Origin: Solirubrobacterales bacterium
GTDB lineage: Bacteria; Actinomycetota; Thermoleophilia; Solirubrobacterales; 70-9
Direction: 5' to 3'
Assembly: GCA_033856455.1 (NCBI GenBank)
Contig: JAWVEZ010000106.1
Location: 4,687-68,686, forward strand
DNA length: 64,000 nt
Every line of letters begins with the position of its first letter. Positions within the stretch are counted from its first letter, which is position 1. The notes beneath the pieces are model-generated. The model was not told the origin of the DNA. It saw only the letters and a program-made list of their open reading frames with translations, and searched no databases. Of the stretch, positions 27,267 through 35,993 are shown piece after piece. The position numbers and the translations under genes are program-made.

Positions 27267-28316
27267 ATGGGCAGCCCCCTCCAGCCCGAGATCAAGGCCG
27301 ACGCGGCGATCCCGGTCGCCGCGCTGACCGGGTACTTCCGCGAGCGCTACGGCACCGCGGTCACCCTCGTCGGCGCCAAGGTGGCGAGCGAGGGCATGTC
27401 CGACGACACCTGGATGGTCGACGTCGAGACGCCGGCCGGGATCGAGGAACTTGTCGTTCGTCGCTATCGCACGGGCGGCGCGCTGCGAGAGGAGACCGAT
27501 TCCGAACGCCACTTCCGCATCCTCCGCGGCATCCCCTCGGATCGGATCCCGGCGCCGGAGGCGATCTGGTTCGAATCCGAGCCGGAGGTCGCCGGCGGCC
27601 CGTTCTTCGTCATGCGCCGGGTCCACGGCCGGATCGTCGTCCCCTGGTCGAATGAGGGGCGCGAGTTCCTGGCGGAGGCCGGCCGCGGCGTCCTCGGGGA
27701 GCAGTTCGTCACCACCCTCGTCGACATCCACGGGCTCGACTGGCGTGCCGGCGGTCTCGAGTTCCTCGGCGCCGAGGCCGAGGGGGAAGGCGCGGACGAC
27801 GCCGTCCACCGCGTCGCCGCGATGCGGGGGGTAGTCGAGCGCTACAAGCTGGAGCCCGAGCCGGTGCTGGCGGATGCCCTCGGCTGGCTCGAAGCCAACA
27901 TCCCCGAGCAGGTCCGGACCGGCTTGATCCACGGCGACTACCGCACCGGCAACATCGTCTGGGGCGAGAACCGCATCAACGCCGTGCTCGACTGGGAGTT
28001 CGCCCGGGTCGGCGACCCCGCCTGCGATCTCGGCTGGCTGCTCTGCCGGACCAACCGGATGGGCTCGGACCTCGCCTGTTACATGCTCGAGCGCGAGCGT
28101 GTGCTCGAGCTCTACCACGAGCACGCCGGCTGGGTCCCCAGCGAGCAGAGCCTGAAGTTCTGGGAAATCCTCGAACTCGTCCGCAACACCGGGCTCTGGC
28201 TCAGCGGCGAGTTCAACTACGTCAACGGAGCGACCAGCGAGCTGAGCCTGGCGCGCTGGAGCTACACCCTCCCCAACATGCGAGGTATGTTGCTCGACGC
28301 TCTGGAGGAAGCATGA
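27267..28316 (+). CDS. aminoglycoside-phosphotransferase (APH)-fold kinase, ACAD10/11 N-domain / LvaA-like
   Basis: Catalytic loop LIHGDYRTGNIVW and DWEFARVGDP. Confidence 0.8.
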   Translation: MGSPLQPEIKADAAIPVAALTGYFRERYGTAVTLVGAKVASEGMSDDTWMVDVETPAGIEELVVRRYRTGGALREETDSERHFRILRGIPSDRIPAPEAIWFESEPEVAGGPFFVMRRVHGRIVVPWSNEGREFLAEAGRGVLGEQFVTTLVDIHGLDWRAGGLEFLGAEAEGEGADDAVHRVAAMRGVVERYKLEPEPVLADALGWLEANIPEQVRTGLIHGDYRTGNIVWGENRINAVLDWEFARVGDPACDLGWLLCRTNRMGSDLACYMLERERVLELYHEHAGWVPSEQSLKFWEILELVRNTGLWLSGEFNYVNGATSELSLARWSYTLPNMRGMLLDALEEA

Positions 28317-28747
28317 TCGAGCCACAGCGCGCCCTGCGCGACATCCGCCGCAATCTGCGCGAGTCGGTGATGCCGGAGCTCAGCTCAGCCCATTCCCGAG
28401 CGGTGCTGGCCGCCGCCCTGGGGATCCTCGACGAAGTCGTCGATCGCGTCCGCCTCGACGAGGGCCCCGCCGCGGCGACCGTGGCGGAGATGCTGCCGGC
28501 CCTGGAGGGGTGGGAGCGCGCTCTCGCGGCCCCGGCGCCTGCCGCCGCCGCGGCGATCGCCGAGTCGCGCCGCCAAGCGGCGGCGGCGAGCGACCCGCTG
28601 CTGGCGCGGACCGAGGTTCTCGGCGCCGCCGAGTGCGCTGTCGCCGCTGCGTGGGGAGATTTCGATCCGGCCGAGCGCGACCAGCTCCTCGGCCAGATCA
28701 GGCAACTGCTTCGTGCGGACACCATCAGGCAAAAAGGAGAGAGATGA
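28313..28747 (+). CDS. small hypothetical protein translationally coupled to the kinase (positionally LvaB-like)
   Basis: 144 aa, helical and Ala-rich, with ATGA overlaps at both ends. No motif recognised. Confidence 0.5.
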   Translation: MIEPQRALRDIRRNLRESVMPELSSAHSRAVLAAALGILDEVVDRVRLDEGPAAATVAEMLPALEGWERALAAPAPAAAAAIAESRRQAAAASDPLLARTEVLGAAECAVAAAWGDFDPAERDQLLGQIRQLLRADTIRQKGER

Positions 28748-29547
28748 GCGAGGGCAGTCAAGACCAGGCAACCGAGGCACCCGTAGTCCTGCTGGAGCGC
28801 CGTGACGGAATCCTGGTGATCACCCTGAACCGGCCGGAGGCGCGCAACTCGCTCAACCTGGCGTTGACCCGGGCGATCTCCGATGCCTTCGACGAGCTCG
28901 ACGCCGACCCCGAGCTCAGCGCCGGGGTGATGACCGGCGCCGGCAAGGGCTTCTGCTCGGGGATGGATCTGAAGGCCTTCGTCGCCGGCGAGGAGGTCTG
29001 GGAGGGCGAGGAGGACGACCGCGGCCTGCGCCGGATCGTCACGCGGCCCCCGCGCAAGCCGCTGATCGCCGCGGTCGAGGGCTTCGCCGTGGCCGGCGGC
29101 TTCGAGCTGGCCCTCGCCTGCGACCTGCTCGTCGCCGGTCGCTCGGCAAAGTTCGGGGTGCCGGAGGTCAAGCGTTCGCTGGTTGCCGCCGGCGGCGCCC
29201 TGCTCGAGCTGCCCCGGCGCTGCGGCCCGGGCGCGGCGATGAAGCTGGCCCTCACCGGCGACCTGATCGACGGCGCCGAAGCCGCGGCGATCGGGCTCGT
29301 CGACGAGCTCAGCGAGGACGGCGAGGCGCTCGAGGGGGCCCTGGCGATCGCCCGGAGGATCGGCGAGAACGGCCCGCTCGCGGTGATCGCCAGCAAGCAG
29401 GTGATGCGGGGCGCCGCGGACTGGTCCGCGGAGGAATTCTGGGCTCGCCAGAAGGAGATCTGCGACCCCGTCTTCGCCTCCCATGACGCGACCGAGGGAG
29501 CGACCGCCTTCGCCGAGAAGCGGCTGCCGGTCTGGACCGGGGCATGA
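28744..29547 (+). CDS. enoyl-CoA hydratase/isomerase (crotonase)
   Basis: VVLLERRDGILVITLNRPEARNSLN, GAGKGFCSGMDLK, AAVEGFAVAGGFELALACD. ATG at 28744 overlaps the upstream stop. Confidence 0.85.
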   Translation: MSEGSQDQATEAPVVLLERRDGILVITLNRPEARNSLNLALTRAISDAFDELDADPELSAGVMTGAGKGFCSGMDLKAFVAGEEVWEGEEDDRGLRRIVTRPPRKPLIAAVEGFAVAGGFELALACDLLVAGRSAKFGVPEVKRSLVAAGGALLELPRRCGPGAAMKLALTGDLIDGAEAAAIGLVDELSEDGEALEGALAIARRIGENGPLAVIASKQVMRGAADWSAEEFWARQKEICDPVFASHDATEGATAFAEKRLPVWTGA

Positions 29548-31136
29548 GCATGGCGGCGACGGTTGCAACCGAGCTCCAGCCCGCGGGCGAGACGATCCGC
29601 TCCTTCTGGGACGGGCGCGTGGCCGCGACCCCGAGCGCTCCCTTCCTCGTCTACGGCCAGGGGACCGAGAGCTATGAGGAGTTCGACGCGGTGGTCAACT
29701 CGAGCGCCAACGGCCTCGCCGCCCAGGGAGTGCAGGCCGGCGACCGGGTTGCCCTGTTGCTGCCCAGCGATCGCCAGCTGCTGGTCCTGGAGCTGGCGCT
29801 GGCGAAGCTCGGAGCGGTGATGGTGCCGATGATCTCGAACCTGTCGAGGCCCGAGATCGTCTACGTGCTCGACCACTGTGAAGCCTCGGTCTTCATCACC
29901 GACGCCGCGGGCTGGGAGGTGAGCGCCGCCGACGGCGACCTCGGACTCGACCACGAGCTCACCGCCTACGTGCTCGGCGGCGCCGAGGGTGCTCGTGATG
30001 CCGACGTCCTCGTCGCCGACGAGATCTCACCGCCGCCGCAACCGGGCATCGGCCCGATGGACCCGATGGCGATCATGTACACGTCCGGCAGCACCGGCAA
30101 ACCCAAGGGCGTGATCCAGCCGGGCGCCGGCTTCGCCACCGCGGGCCGCGCCCTCGCCGCCCGCCAGGCGGCCGACGCGAGCGACAACTTCTTCTGCGCG
30201 ATCCCGATCTTCCACACCGCCGGAGCCCACATGCTGCTGGCGCCGGCGATCGCCGTCGGCGCTCGTTTCACGCTGATTCCCAAATTCAGCCGCAGCCAGT
30301 TCTGGGACCAGGTGCGCGAGAGCGGCGCTACGCTCAGCATCGTGATGCCGGCCCAGCTCTCGATTCTGATGACGGCGCCGGCCTCCGAGCGCGACCGCGA
30401 GCATGAGCTGCGATGCGTCGCCAGCCACGTGCGTCCGGCCGACTTCTGCGAGCGCTTCGGCGTCGACGTGGTGACCTGCTGGGCGATGACCGAGGTCTCG
30501 GGCATGGGGACGATGAGCGCCCTCGGGTCCTCCCGCCATCCCGAGAAATACATCGGCCGGCCGGTCCCTGAGGAGGCCGAGGCAAAAATCGTCAAGCCAG
30601 ACGGGGAGCCGGCGGCGCCCATGGAGCCGGGGGAACTCTGGTTCCGCCACCCGCACGTGATGCGCGCCTACCATCGCAACCCGACCGCGACGGCGGAATC
30701 GCTCGTCGACGGCTGGGTCCGAACCGGCGACCTCTGCGCCGCCGACGAGCAGGGCGGGATCTACTTCCACGGCCGGATCAAGCACGTGATCAAGCGGGCC
30801 GGGGAGAACATCTCCGGCGAGGAGGTCGAGGCGGCCGTGGTCGCCCACCCCGAGGTCGAGGAGTGCATCGTCGTCGGCGTCCCCGACCCGATCTACACGG
30901 AGGAGATCTACGCCACCGTGTCGCTGCGGCCGGGAGCGCAGTTGGACGAGACCGAGCTGATCGAGTGGTGCGGGCAGCAGCTCGCAACCTGGAAGCTGCC
31001 CCGCTACCTGGACTTCGGCGACGCGGAGCTGCCGAAGCTCGCCAACGGCAAGCCGGATCGGCGCCGGATCGCCGACGCGGCCGCGATCGATGCCGCCTGG
31101 GACCGGGTCGCGGCGGAATCGGGAGCGGCCCGATGA
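29544..31136 (+). CDS. AMP-forming acyl-CoA synthetase, copy 3
   Basis: IMYTSGSTGKPKGV, RTGDL, NGKPDR. Confidence 0.85.
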   Translation: MSMAATVATELQPAGETIRSFWDGRVAATPSAPFLVYGQGTESYEEFDAVVNSSANGLAAQGVQAGDRVALLLPSDRQLLVLELALAKLGAVMVPMISNLSRPEIVYVLDHCEASVFITDAAGWEVSAADGDLGLDHELTAYVLGGAEGARDADVLVADEISPPPQPGIGPMDPMAIMYTSGSTGKPKGVIQPGAGFATAGRALAARQAADASDNFFCAIPIFHTAGAHMLLAPAIAVGARFTLIPKFSRSQFWDQVRESGATLSIVMPAQLSILMTAPASERDREHELRCVASHVRPADFCERFGVDVVTCWAMTEVSGMGTMSALGSSRHPEKYIGRPVPEEAEAKIVKPDGEPAAPMEPGELWFRHPHVMRAYHRNPTATAESLVDGWVRTGDLCAADEQGGIYFHGRIKHVIKRAGENISGEEVEAAVVAHPEVEECIVVGVPDPIYTEEIYATVSLRPGAQLDETELIEWCGQQLATWKLPRYLDFGDAELPKLANGKPDRRRIADAAAIDAAWDRVAAESGAAR

Positions 31137-32137
31137 GGCGGCTCTCGATCTCCCTGATCCTGGCGGAGACCCCGATCACCGAGATGGTCGAGATCGCTCG
31201 CGACTTCGAGCGCAGTGGCGTCGAGCGGGTCTGGCTCGGCGAGGCCTGGCGAGAGCCGGTGGTGCCGATCACCGCGATGACCGCCGGCACCGAGCGGATC
31301 GGCGTCGGTACCGCGGTCGCCCAGATCTTCCCGGTCAACCCGGTGATCGTCGCCCAGCAGACGGCGCAGCTGCAGGAGCTGTCCGGCGGTCGCTACGCCC
31401 TCGGCCTCGGCCTCGGGGCCTCTTTCGTGGTCGAACGCTGGTTCGGCGTCGACCCCTCGCGGCCGCTGCGCCGCGCCCGCGAGTTCATCGAGATCGTCCG
31501 CGGCGTCCTGCGCTCGCCCGAGGACGGTCCCTTCAGCTACCAAGGGGAGCTGCTGAGCACCCGCAAATACAGGCTGCCGTTCGCCGCCGAGGCGGTCGAG
31601 GTGCCGATCAACCTCGCCGCCGTGGGGCCGAAGATGCAGGAGCTGGCCGGTGAGCTCGCCGATGGAATCGTCGTCGGCGCTCTCCACTCCGAGGGCTACA
31701 TCGAGGAAACGCGCGAGCGGCTGCGCACCGGTGCCGAGCGCGCCGATCGCGATCCGGCCGAGCTCGATCTCTGGGTCTCGATCATCTGCTGCGTCGACGA
31801 AGACGCCGAGGCCGCCCGCCGCCAGGCCCGCCGCAGCCTCGTCTACGTCGCTCAGTACCCCCACTACCAGCGCGTCTACGAGCGCGAGGGCTTCGGTGAG
31901 ATCGTCCAGAAGATCGCCGCGCTGGTGCGCGAAAAGAAGATGGACGAGGCCGAGGCGCTGGTCAGCGACGAGATGATCGAGGCCTTCTGCCTGGCCGGCA
32001 CGTTGGCGGAATGTCGCCAGCAGCTGGGCCGCTTCGATTACGGCGGGGCGATCCCGGTCCTGCACCTGGTCCCGTTCCGGACCAGCGAGGCGGAGGTGGT
32101 CGAGTCGCTGCGGCTGGCCGCCGGGCTCAGCGAGTGA
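31133..32137 (+). CDS. luciferase-like (LLM-class, probably F420-dependent) oxidoreductase
   Basis: MRRLSISLIL...VERVWLGEAW and GLGLGAS are LLM TIM-barrel signatures. ATGA overlap with the upstream gene. Confidence 0.75.
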   Translation: MRRLSISLILAETPITEMVEIARDFERSGVERVWLGEAWREPVVPITAMTAGTERIGVGTAVAQIFPVNPVIVAQQTAQLQELSGGRYALGLGLGASFVVERWFGVDPSRPLRRAREFIEIVRGVLRSPEDGPFSYQGELLSTRKYRLPFAAEAVEVPINLAAVGPKMQELAGELADGIVVGALHSEGYIEETRERLRTGAERADRDPAELDLWVSIICCVDEDAEAARRQARRSLVYVAQYPHYQRVYEREGFGEIVQKIAALVREKKMDEAEALVSDEMIEAFCLAGTLAECRQQLGRFDYGGAIPVLHLVPFRTSEAEVVESLRLAAGLSE

Positions 32138-32570
32138 GCGCGGGCGCGGCGAGCACGGTCGCGCTGGCGCGGAGGACCGGGTCGCCGTTCTGAGCGGTGG
32201 CCTCGAGCTCGATCTCGGCCCGGTCATCCTCGACGGAGACGACGCGGCCGTTGAAGGTGAGCACGTCGCCCGGCCAGACCTGGCCGGTGAAGCGGACCGT
32301 GAAGCCGCGGATGTTGTCGGGGCCGACCCAGCGCGCCAGCTCGACTCCGAGCATGCCCGCGTGCAGCATCCCCATACCGAAGACGGTCGCCATCCCAGCC
32401 GCGGTGGCGTACTCCTCGTCGTGGTGGATCGGATGGAAGTCGCCGCCGGCGCCGGCGTAGCGGACGAAGTCGGTGCGGGTGAAGGGCTCGGTCACGACCG
32501 TCGGCATCTCCGCGCCGGGAGTCAGCGCGGCAGGGGCCGCCGGGATCGAGGGGGGGCCGGCGCCGCTCAT
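32127..32570 (-). CDS. MaoC-like (R)-specific hydratase subunit (HadB/ChsH2-like)
   Basis: 147 aa. YAGAGGDFHPIHHDEEYA is the hydratase-2 motif. The ATG (cat at 32568-32570) was located by codon counting. Confidence 0.8.
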   Translation of the reverse strand: MSGAGPPSIPAAPAALTPGAEMPTVVTEPFTRTDFVRYAGAGGDFHPIHHDEEYATAAGMATVFGMGMLHAGMLGVELARWVGPDNIRGFTVRFTGQVWPGDVLTFNGRVVSVEDDRAEIELEATAQNGDPVLRASATVLAAPALTR

Positions 32571-33031
32571 CGCGGAGCCGTCTCGATCAGGGTGTCGTAC
32601 CGCTTCGCCGCGACCTCTCCGTCTTGGTCGACGTAGGTCGTCTCCACCCGCACCATCTTCATCTCGCCCCCGCGCTTGCCCTCGCGCGTCTCGATCCCGG
32701 CGAGCACAGAAGTCGCGCTGAGCTCGTCGCCGCCGCGCAACGGCCGCTCGAACTCCCAGCTGACCTCGCCGTGGAGCACCCGGGTGAGGTCGAGGCCCGC
32801 GGCCTGGGCGTGGAAGGTTGCTCCGTCCTCGCGCCAGTGATCCGCGATCGCGGTCGCCGTCGGCGGTACCGGTAGGCCATCGAAGCCAGCAGCGGCAGCC
32901 GCCTCCGGGTCGAACCAGAGGGGGTCTGCGTCTTTGAAGGAGCGGGCCAGCTCGAGCAGCTTCGCTCGCTCGAGCGGAAAGGTGACGGAGCCGAGGTTTC
33001 GCCCCTCGCCTTCGCTGATCTTGCTTCCCAT
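32567..33031 (-). CDS. MaoC_N / FAS1-like hot-dog partner subunit (HadA/ChsH1-like)
   Basis: 154 aa from MGSKISEGEG. FKDADPLWFDPEAAAAAGFDG...LHGEVSWEF. 4-nt overlap with the downstream hydratase subunit. Confidence 0.7.
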   Translation of the reverse strand: MGSKISEGEGRNLGSVTFPLERAKLLELARSFKDADPLWFDPEAAAAAGFDGLPVPPTATAIADHWREDGATFHAQAAGLDLTRVLHGEVSWEFERPLRGGDELSATSVLAGIETREGKRGGEMKMVRVETTYVDQDGEVAAKRYDTLIETAPR

Positions 33032-33047
33032 GGGGGGCCAGCCTAGC

Positions 33048-33074
33048 AAAAAAAAAGCATGCCTGATGCTTTTT
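33048..33074. promoter_or_regulatory. AT-rich inverted repeat (A9 run; aaaaagcat-gcctg-atgcttttt) in a divergent promoter region
   Basis: Lies between the minus-strand start at 33031 and the plus-strand start at 33121. It is the most AT-rich spot in this part of the window. Confidence 0.4.
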
Positions 33075-33120
33075 ATGTATACGATGGCTCCTTGGTCGTG
33101 CGGCGAACCCGGAACAGACA

Positions 33121-33897
33121 ATGAGCATCGGTCTTCGCGTCAGCGCCGATCGGGTCGCCGAGATCCGCCTCGAACGGCCGCAGCGGGCCAATGCGCTCGA
33201 CCTCGAGCACGCCCGGGAAATGGGTGCGCACGTTGCCGAGTGTGGGCGCCGCGACGACGTCGGCGCGGTCCTGATCAGCGCCGAGGGCGCCGCCTTCTGC
33301 GCCGGCGGCGACATCGGCCACTTCGGCGCCGAGATCGACCGCGCCGACGCGGTGATCGCGCAGATGGTGGAGGAGATGCACGCGGTGATCCGCGACCTGG
33401 CGGCGCTGCCGATGCCGGTGATCGTCGCCGTCAACGGTCCCGCGGCTGGGCTCGGGCTCAGCCTCGTCTGCCTCGCCGACCTCGCGCTGGCCGCCGTCGC
33501 GGCGCGCTTCAAGGTCGCCTACACCGAGATCGGGCTCTCCCCCGACGGCGGCAGCAGCTGGCTGCTGCCGCGGCTGGTCGGCCGCGCCGCCGCCGCCGAC
33601 CTGATCCTCACCAACCGCGTCGTCGACGCCGCCACCGCGCTCGAGCTCGGGATCGTCTCGCGGGTGGTCGCCGCCGACGATCTCGCCACCGAGGCGCGGG
33701 GCCTCGCCGCGGCCCTCGCCGCGGGATCCCTTCCCGCCCACGCCGCAGTCAGGCGGCTGCTGCTCGAGTCCTCGACCAACAGCTTCGCCCAGCAGCTGGA
33801 GCTGGAGGCGGCGGAGATCATTCGCCTCGCCGGCAGCGAGGGTGGCCGCGAGGGCATCGCCGCGTTCCTCGAGCAGCGTCCGGCGAGCTTCCGATGA
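33121..33897 (+). CDS. enoyl-CoA hydratase/isomerase (crotonase)
   Basis: VAEIRLERPQRANALD, GAAFCAGGDI, VAVNGPAAGLGLSL. Confidence 0.8.
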   Translation: MSIGLRVSADRVAEIRLERPQRANALDLEHAREMGAHVAECGRRDDVGAVLISAEGAAFCAGGDIGHFGAEIDRADAVIAQMVEEMHAVIRDLAALPMPVIVAVNGPAAGLGLSLVCLADLALAAVAARFKVAYTEIGLSPDGGSSWLLPRLVGRAAAADLILTNRVVDAATALELGIVSRVVAADDLATEARGLAAALAAGSLPAHAAVRRLLLESSTNSFAQQLELEAAEIIRLAGSEGGREGIAAFLEQRPASFR

Positions 33898-35042
33898 GCG
33901 TGAGTCGTCTGCTGCCCTCCCCCGAGGCGGAGGAGATCGTCGCCCTCGCCCGCGACATCGCCCAGAACCAACTGCGCCCGCGGGTCGCCGCCGCCGAGGC
34001 CGACGCGGCGTTCCCCCGCGACGTCTTCGAGACGCTCGGCTCGCTCGGCTTCCTCGGCATGCCCTACCCGGAGGAGGTGGGGGGAGCCGGCCAGCCCTAC
34101 GAGGTCTACCTGCAGGCGCTGGAGGAGATTGCCGCGGTCTGGGCCAGCGTCGGCGTCGGGCTCAGCGTCCACATCATGTCCTCCTACCCGCTCGCCACCT
34201 GGGGCAGCGACGAGCAGCGCGACCGCTGGCTGGAGGAGATGCTGGCGGGCGATCTGCTCGGCGGCTACTGCCTCTCGGAGGTCGACGCGGGATCGGACCC
34301 GGCGGCGATGCGGACCCGGGCGAGCAAGGACGGCGAGGGCTACCGCGTCTCCGGCTCCAAGGCCTGGGTCACCCACGGCGGCGAGGCCGACTTCTACACC
34401 CTCTTTGCCCGCACCTCGGAGGACCGCAGCCGCGGCATCTCCTGCTTCCTCGCCCCCGGGCAGGCGCCGGGCCTAACCGCGCAGGAGCCCGAGCGGAAGA
34501 TGGGCCTGACCGGCTCGACCACGGCGGCCCTCGACTACGACGGGGTCGAGCTCGAGCCCGAGCGGCTCATAGGCGAGGAGGGCCAGGGGCTGGCGATTGC
34601 GCTGCAGGCGCTCGACAGCGGTCGGCTTGGGATCGCCGCCGTCGCCGTCGGCCTCGCCCAGGGTTCGCTCGACCACGCCGTCGCCTACGCCGGCGAACGC
34701 GAAACGTTCGGGGTGCCGATCATCGAGCACCAGGGACTGGGCTTCCTCCTCGCCGACATGGCGGCGGCGGTCGAGTCGGCCCGCGCGGTCACGCTGGAGG
34801 CCGCGCGTCGCCGCGACCGCGGCCTCCCCTTCGCCCGCCAGGCCTCGATCGCGAAGCTGGTCGCCACCGACGCGGCGATGAAGGTCACCACCGATGCGGT
34901 CCAGGTCCTCGGCGGCTTCGGCTATACGAAGGACTTTCCGGTCGAGCGCCAGATGCGCGAGGCGAAGGTGATGCAGATCTTCGAGGGCACGAATCAGATC
35001 CAGCGCATGGTCATCGCCCGGCACCTGCAGCGCGGCTCCTGA
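33894..35042 (+). CDS. acyl-CoA dehydrogenase (short/medium-chain type)
   Basis: ATG at 33894 (ATGA overlap). GFLGMPYPEEVGGAG, CLSEVDAGSDPAAM, SGSKAWVTHG, QVLGGFGYTKDFPVERQMREAKVMQIFEGTNQIQR. Confidence 0.9.
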   Translation: MSVSRLLPSPEAEEIVALARDIAQNQLRPRVAAAEADAAFPRDVFETLGSLGFLGMPYPEEVGGAGQPYEVYLQALEEIAAVWASVGVGLSVHIMSSYPLATWGSDEQRDRWLEEMLAGDLLGGYCLSEVDAGSDPAAMRTRASKDGEGYRVSGSKAWVTHGGEADFYTLFARTSEDRSRGISCFLAPGQAPGLTAQEPERKMGLTGSTTAALDYDGVELEPERLIGEEGQGLAIALQALDSGRLGIAAVAVGLAQGSLDHAVAYAGERETFGVPIIEHQGLGFLLADMAAAVESARAVTLEAARRRDRGLPFARQASIAKLVATDAAMKVTTDAVQVLGGFGYTKDFPVERQMREAKVMQIFEGTNQIQRMVIARHLQRGS

Positions 35043-35067
35043 GAAAAATCCCGCTTCCCTGCGCTGC

Positions 35068-35691
35068 TCAGGAAGTGGTCTGGTCGGTGCCGTCCTTGAT
35101 CAAGCCGTTGAGAATGTCGCCGCGGGCGAATTTCCACTGGCGATCGATCGTGGCTTTGGAGTGCCGCAGGAGGCGCAGTACGGCAAGGCCGCGGATGGTT
35201 GCGATCGAGGTCGTCCAACGATGGGTCAGCTGCGGGTCGGCGAACTCCTCGGCGCCGAAGATTTCGACCCCGAGCTGGTGGACGGTCAGGGACATCGAGC
35301 GCTCCTCGTCGGCGATCGCGGCTTTCAACTCCGGCTCGCGGCGGGCGGCAAGCGAGAGCTCGAGGATCGCTGCGAAGAAGGTGCCGCTGTACATCTCGAA
35401 GATGAAGTCGAGGGCGCCGACGATCCGCGAGTGCCCGTGGGGCAGGGCGGCGATCTTCTCCTGCAGGGCGTCGAGCTCGCGGGCCGACATGTGTCGCACC
35501 GACTCCACCACCAGCGTTTGCCGGTTGGCGAAGTGATGCTGATGGGCGCCGCGGCTGACCCCGGCGCGGCGGGCGACCGTGGAGGCGGAGATTCCGGCAT
35601 AGCCCTCTTCGACCAAGACCTCGACCGCAGCGTCGAGGAGCCGCCGCCGGGTCGCGTGGCTCCGTGCCTGTTTGGGTTCGAGCATGTTCAT
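35068..35691 (-). CDS. TetR-family transcriptional regulator
   Basis: RRRLLDAAVEVLVEEGYAGISASTVARRAGVSRGAHQHHFANRQTL is a canonical TetR_N HTH. Confidence 0.85.
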   Translation of the reverse strand: MNMLEPKQARSHATRRRLLDAAVEVLVEEGYAGISASTVARRAGVSRGAHQHHFANRQTLVVESVRHMSARELDALQEKIAALPHGHSRIVGALDFIFEMYSGTFFAAILELSLAARREPELKAAIADEERSMSLTVHQLGVEIFGAEEFADPQLTHRWTTSIATIRGLAVLRLLRHSKATIDRQWKFARGDILNGLIKDGTDQTTS

Positions 35692-35833
35692 CAGTGAATC
35701 TCCACCGGCCGGCGTGCCTTACGAGCGAAATGGACCGCGCCGTACTCTTCCACACGCCCACGACTGACATTTCTCGGCTCACTGTACACCAATAACCAGC
35801 AGCGCTGCATGTTTCGTGGTAGCTTCCACTGCA

Positions 35834-35865
35834 CGGCCGCGCGGTTGCCTCCTCGGCCGCGCGGT
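35834..35865. repeat. direct repeat CGGCCGCGCGGT x2 with 20-nt phasing, just upstream of a -35 box
   Basis: Copies at 35834-35845 and 35854-35865. Each contains the palindrome ccgcgcgg. Confidence 0.4.
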
Positions 35866-35876
35866 CAACTCCCCCC

Positions 35877-35906
35877 TTGACACCCGCCGTTGCCGGCGAT
35901 TAGGGT
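35877..35906 (+). promoter_or_regulatory. promoter candidate TTGACA-18 nt-TAGGGT
   Basis: ttgaca at 35877-35882 and tagggt at 35901-35906 (TANNNT type), about 90 nt upstream of the 35994 start. Confidence 0.45.
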
Positions 35907-35907
35907 C

Positions 35908-35927
35908 TGTACCGAACGCTCGGTACG
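35908..35927. promoter_or_regulatory. operator-like palindrome TGTACCGA-ACGC-TCGGTACG
   Basis: 7-bp perfect inverted arms gtaccga/tcggtac, beginning 2 nt after the -10 candidate. Same motif as at 3588, 40161 and 40236. Confidence 0.5.
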
Positions 35928-35993
35928 GGACGCAAGTATGGGACGGACGCCGCACGGCGGCCGACTTTCGCCGCAACCAGAAGGAGGAGACTC

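Noticed and set aside
33048-33074. A9/T5-flanked hairpin as a bidirectional rho-independent terminator
   Set aside because: It lies between two divergent start codons, not between convergent gene ends, so there is nothing for it to terminate. I treat it as a promoter-region element.
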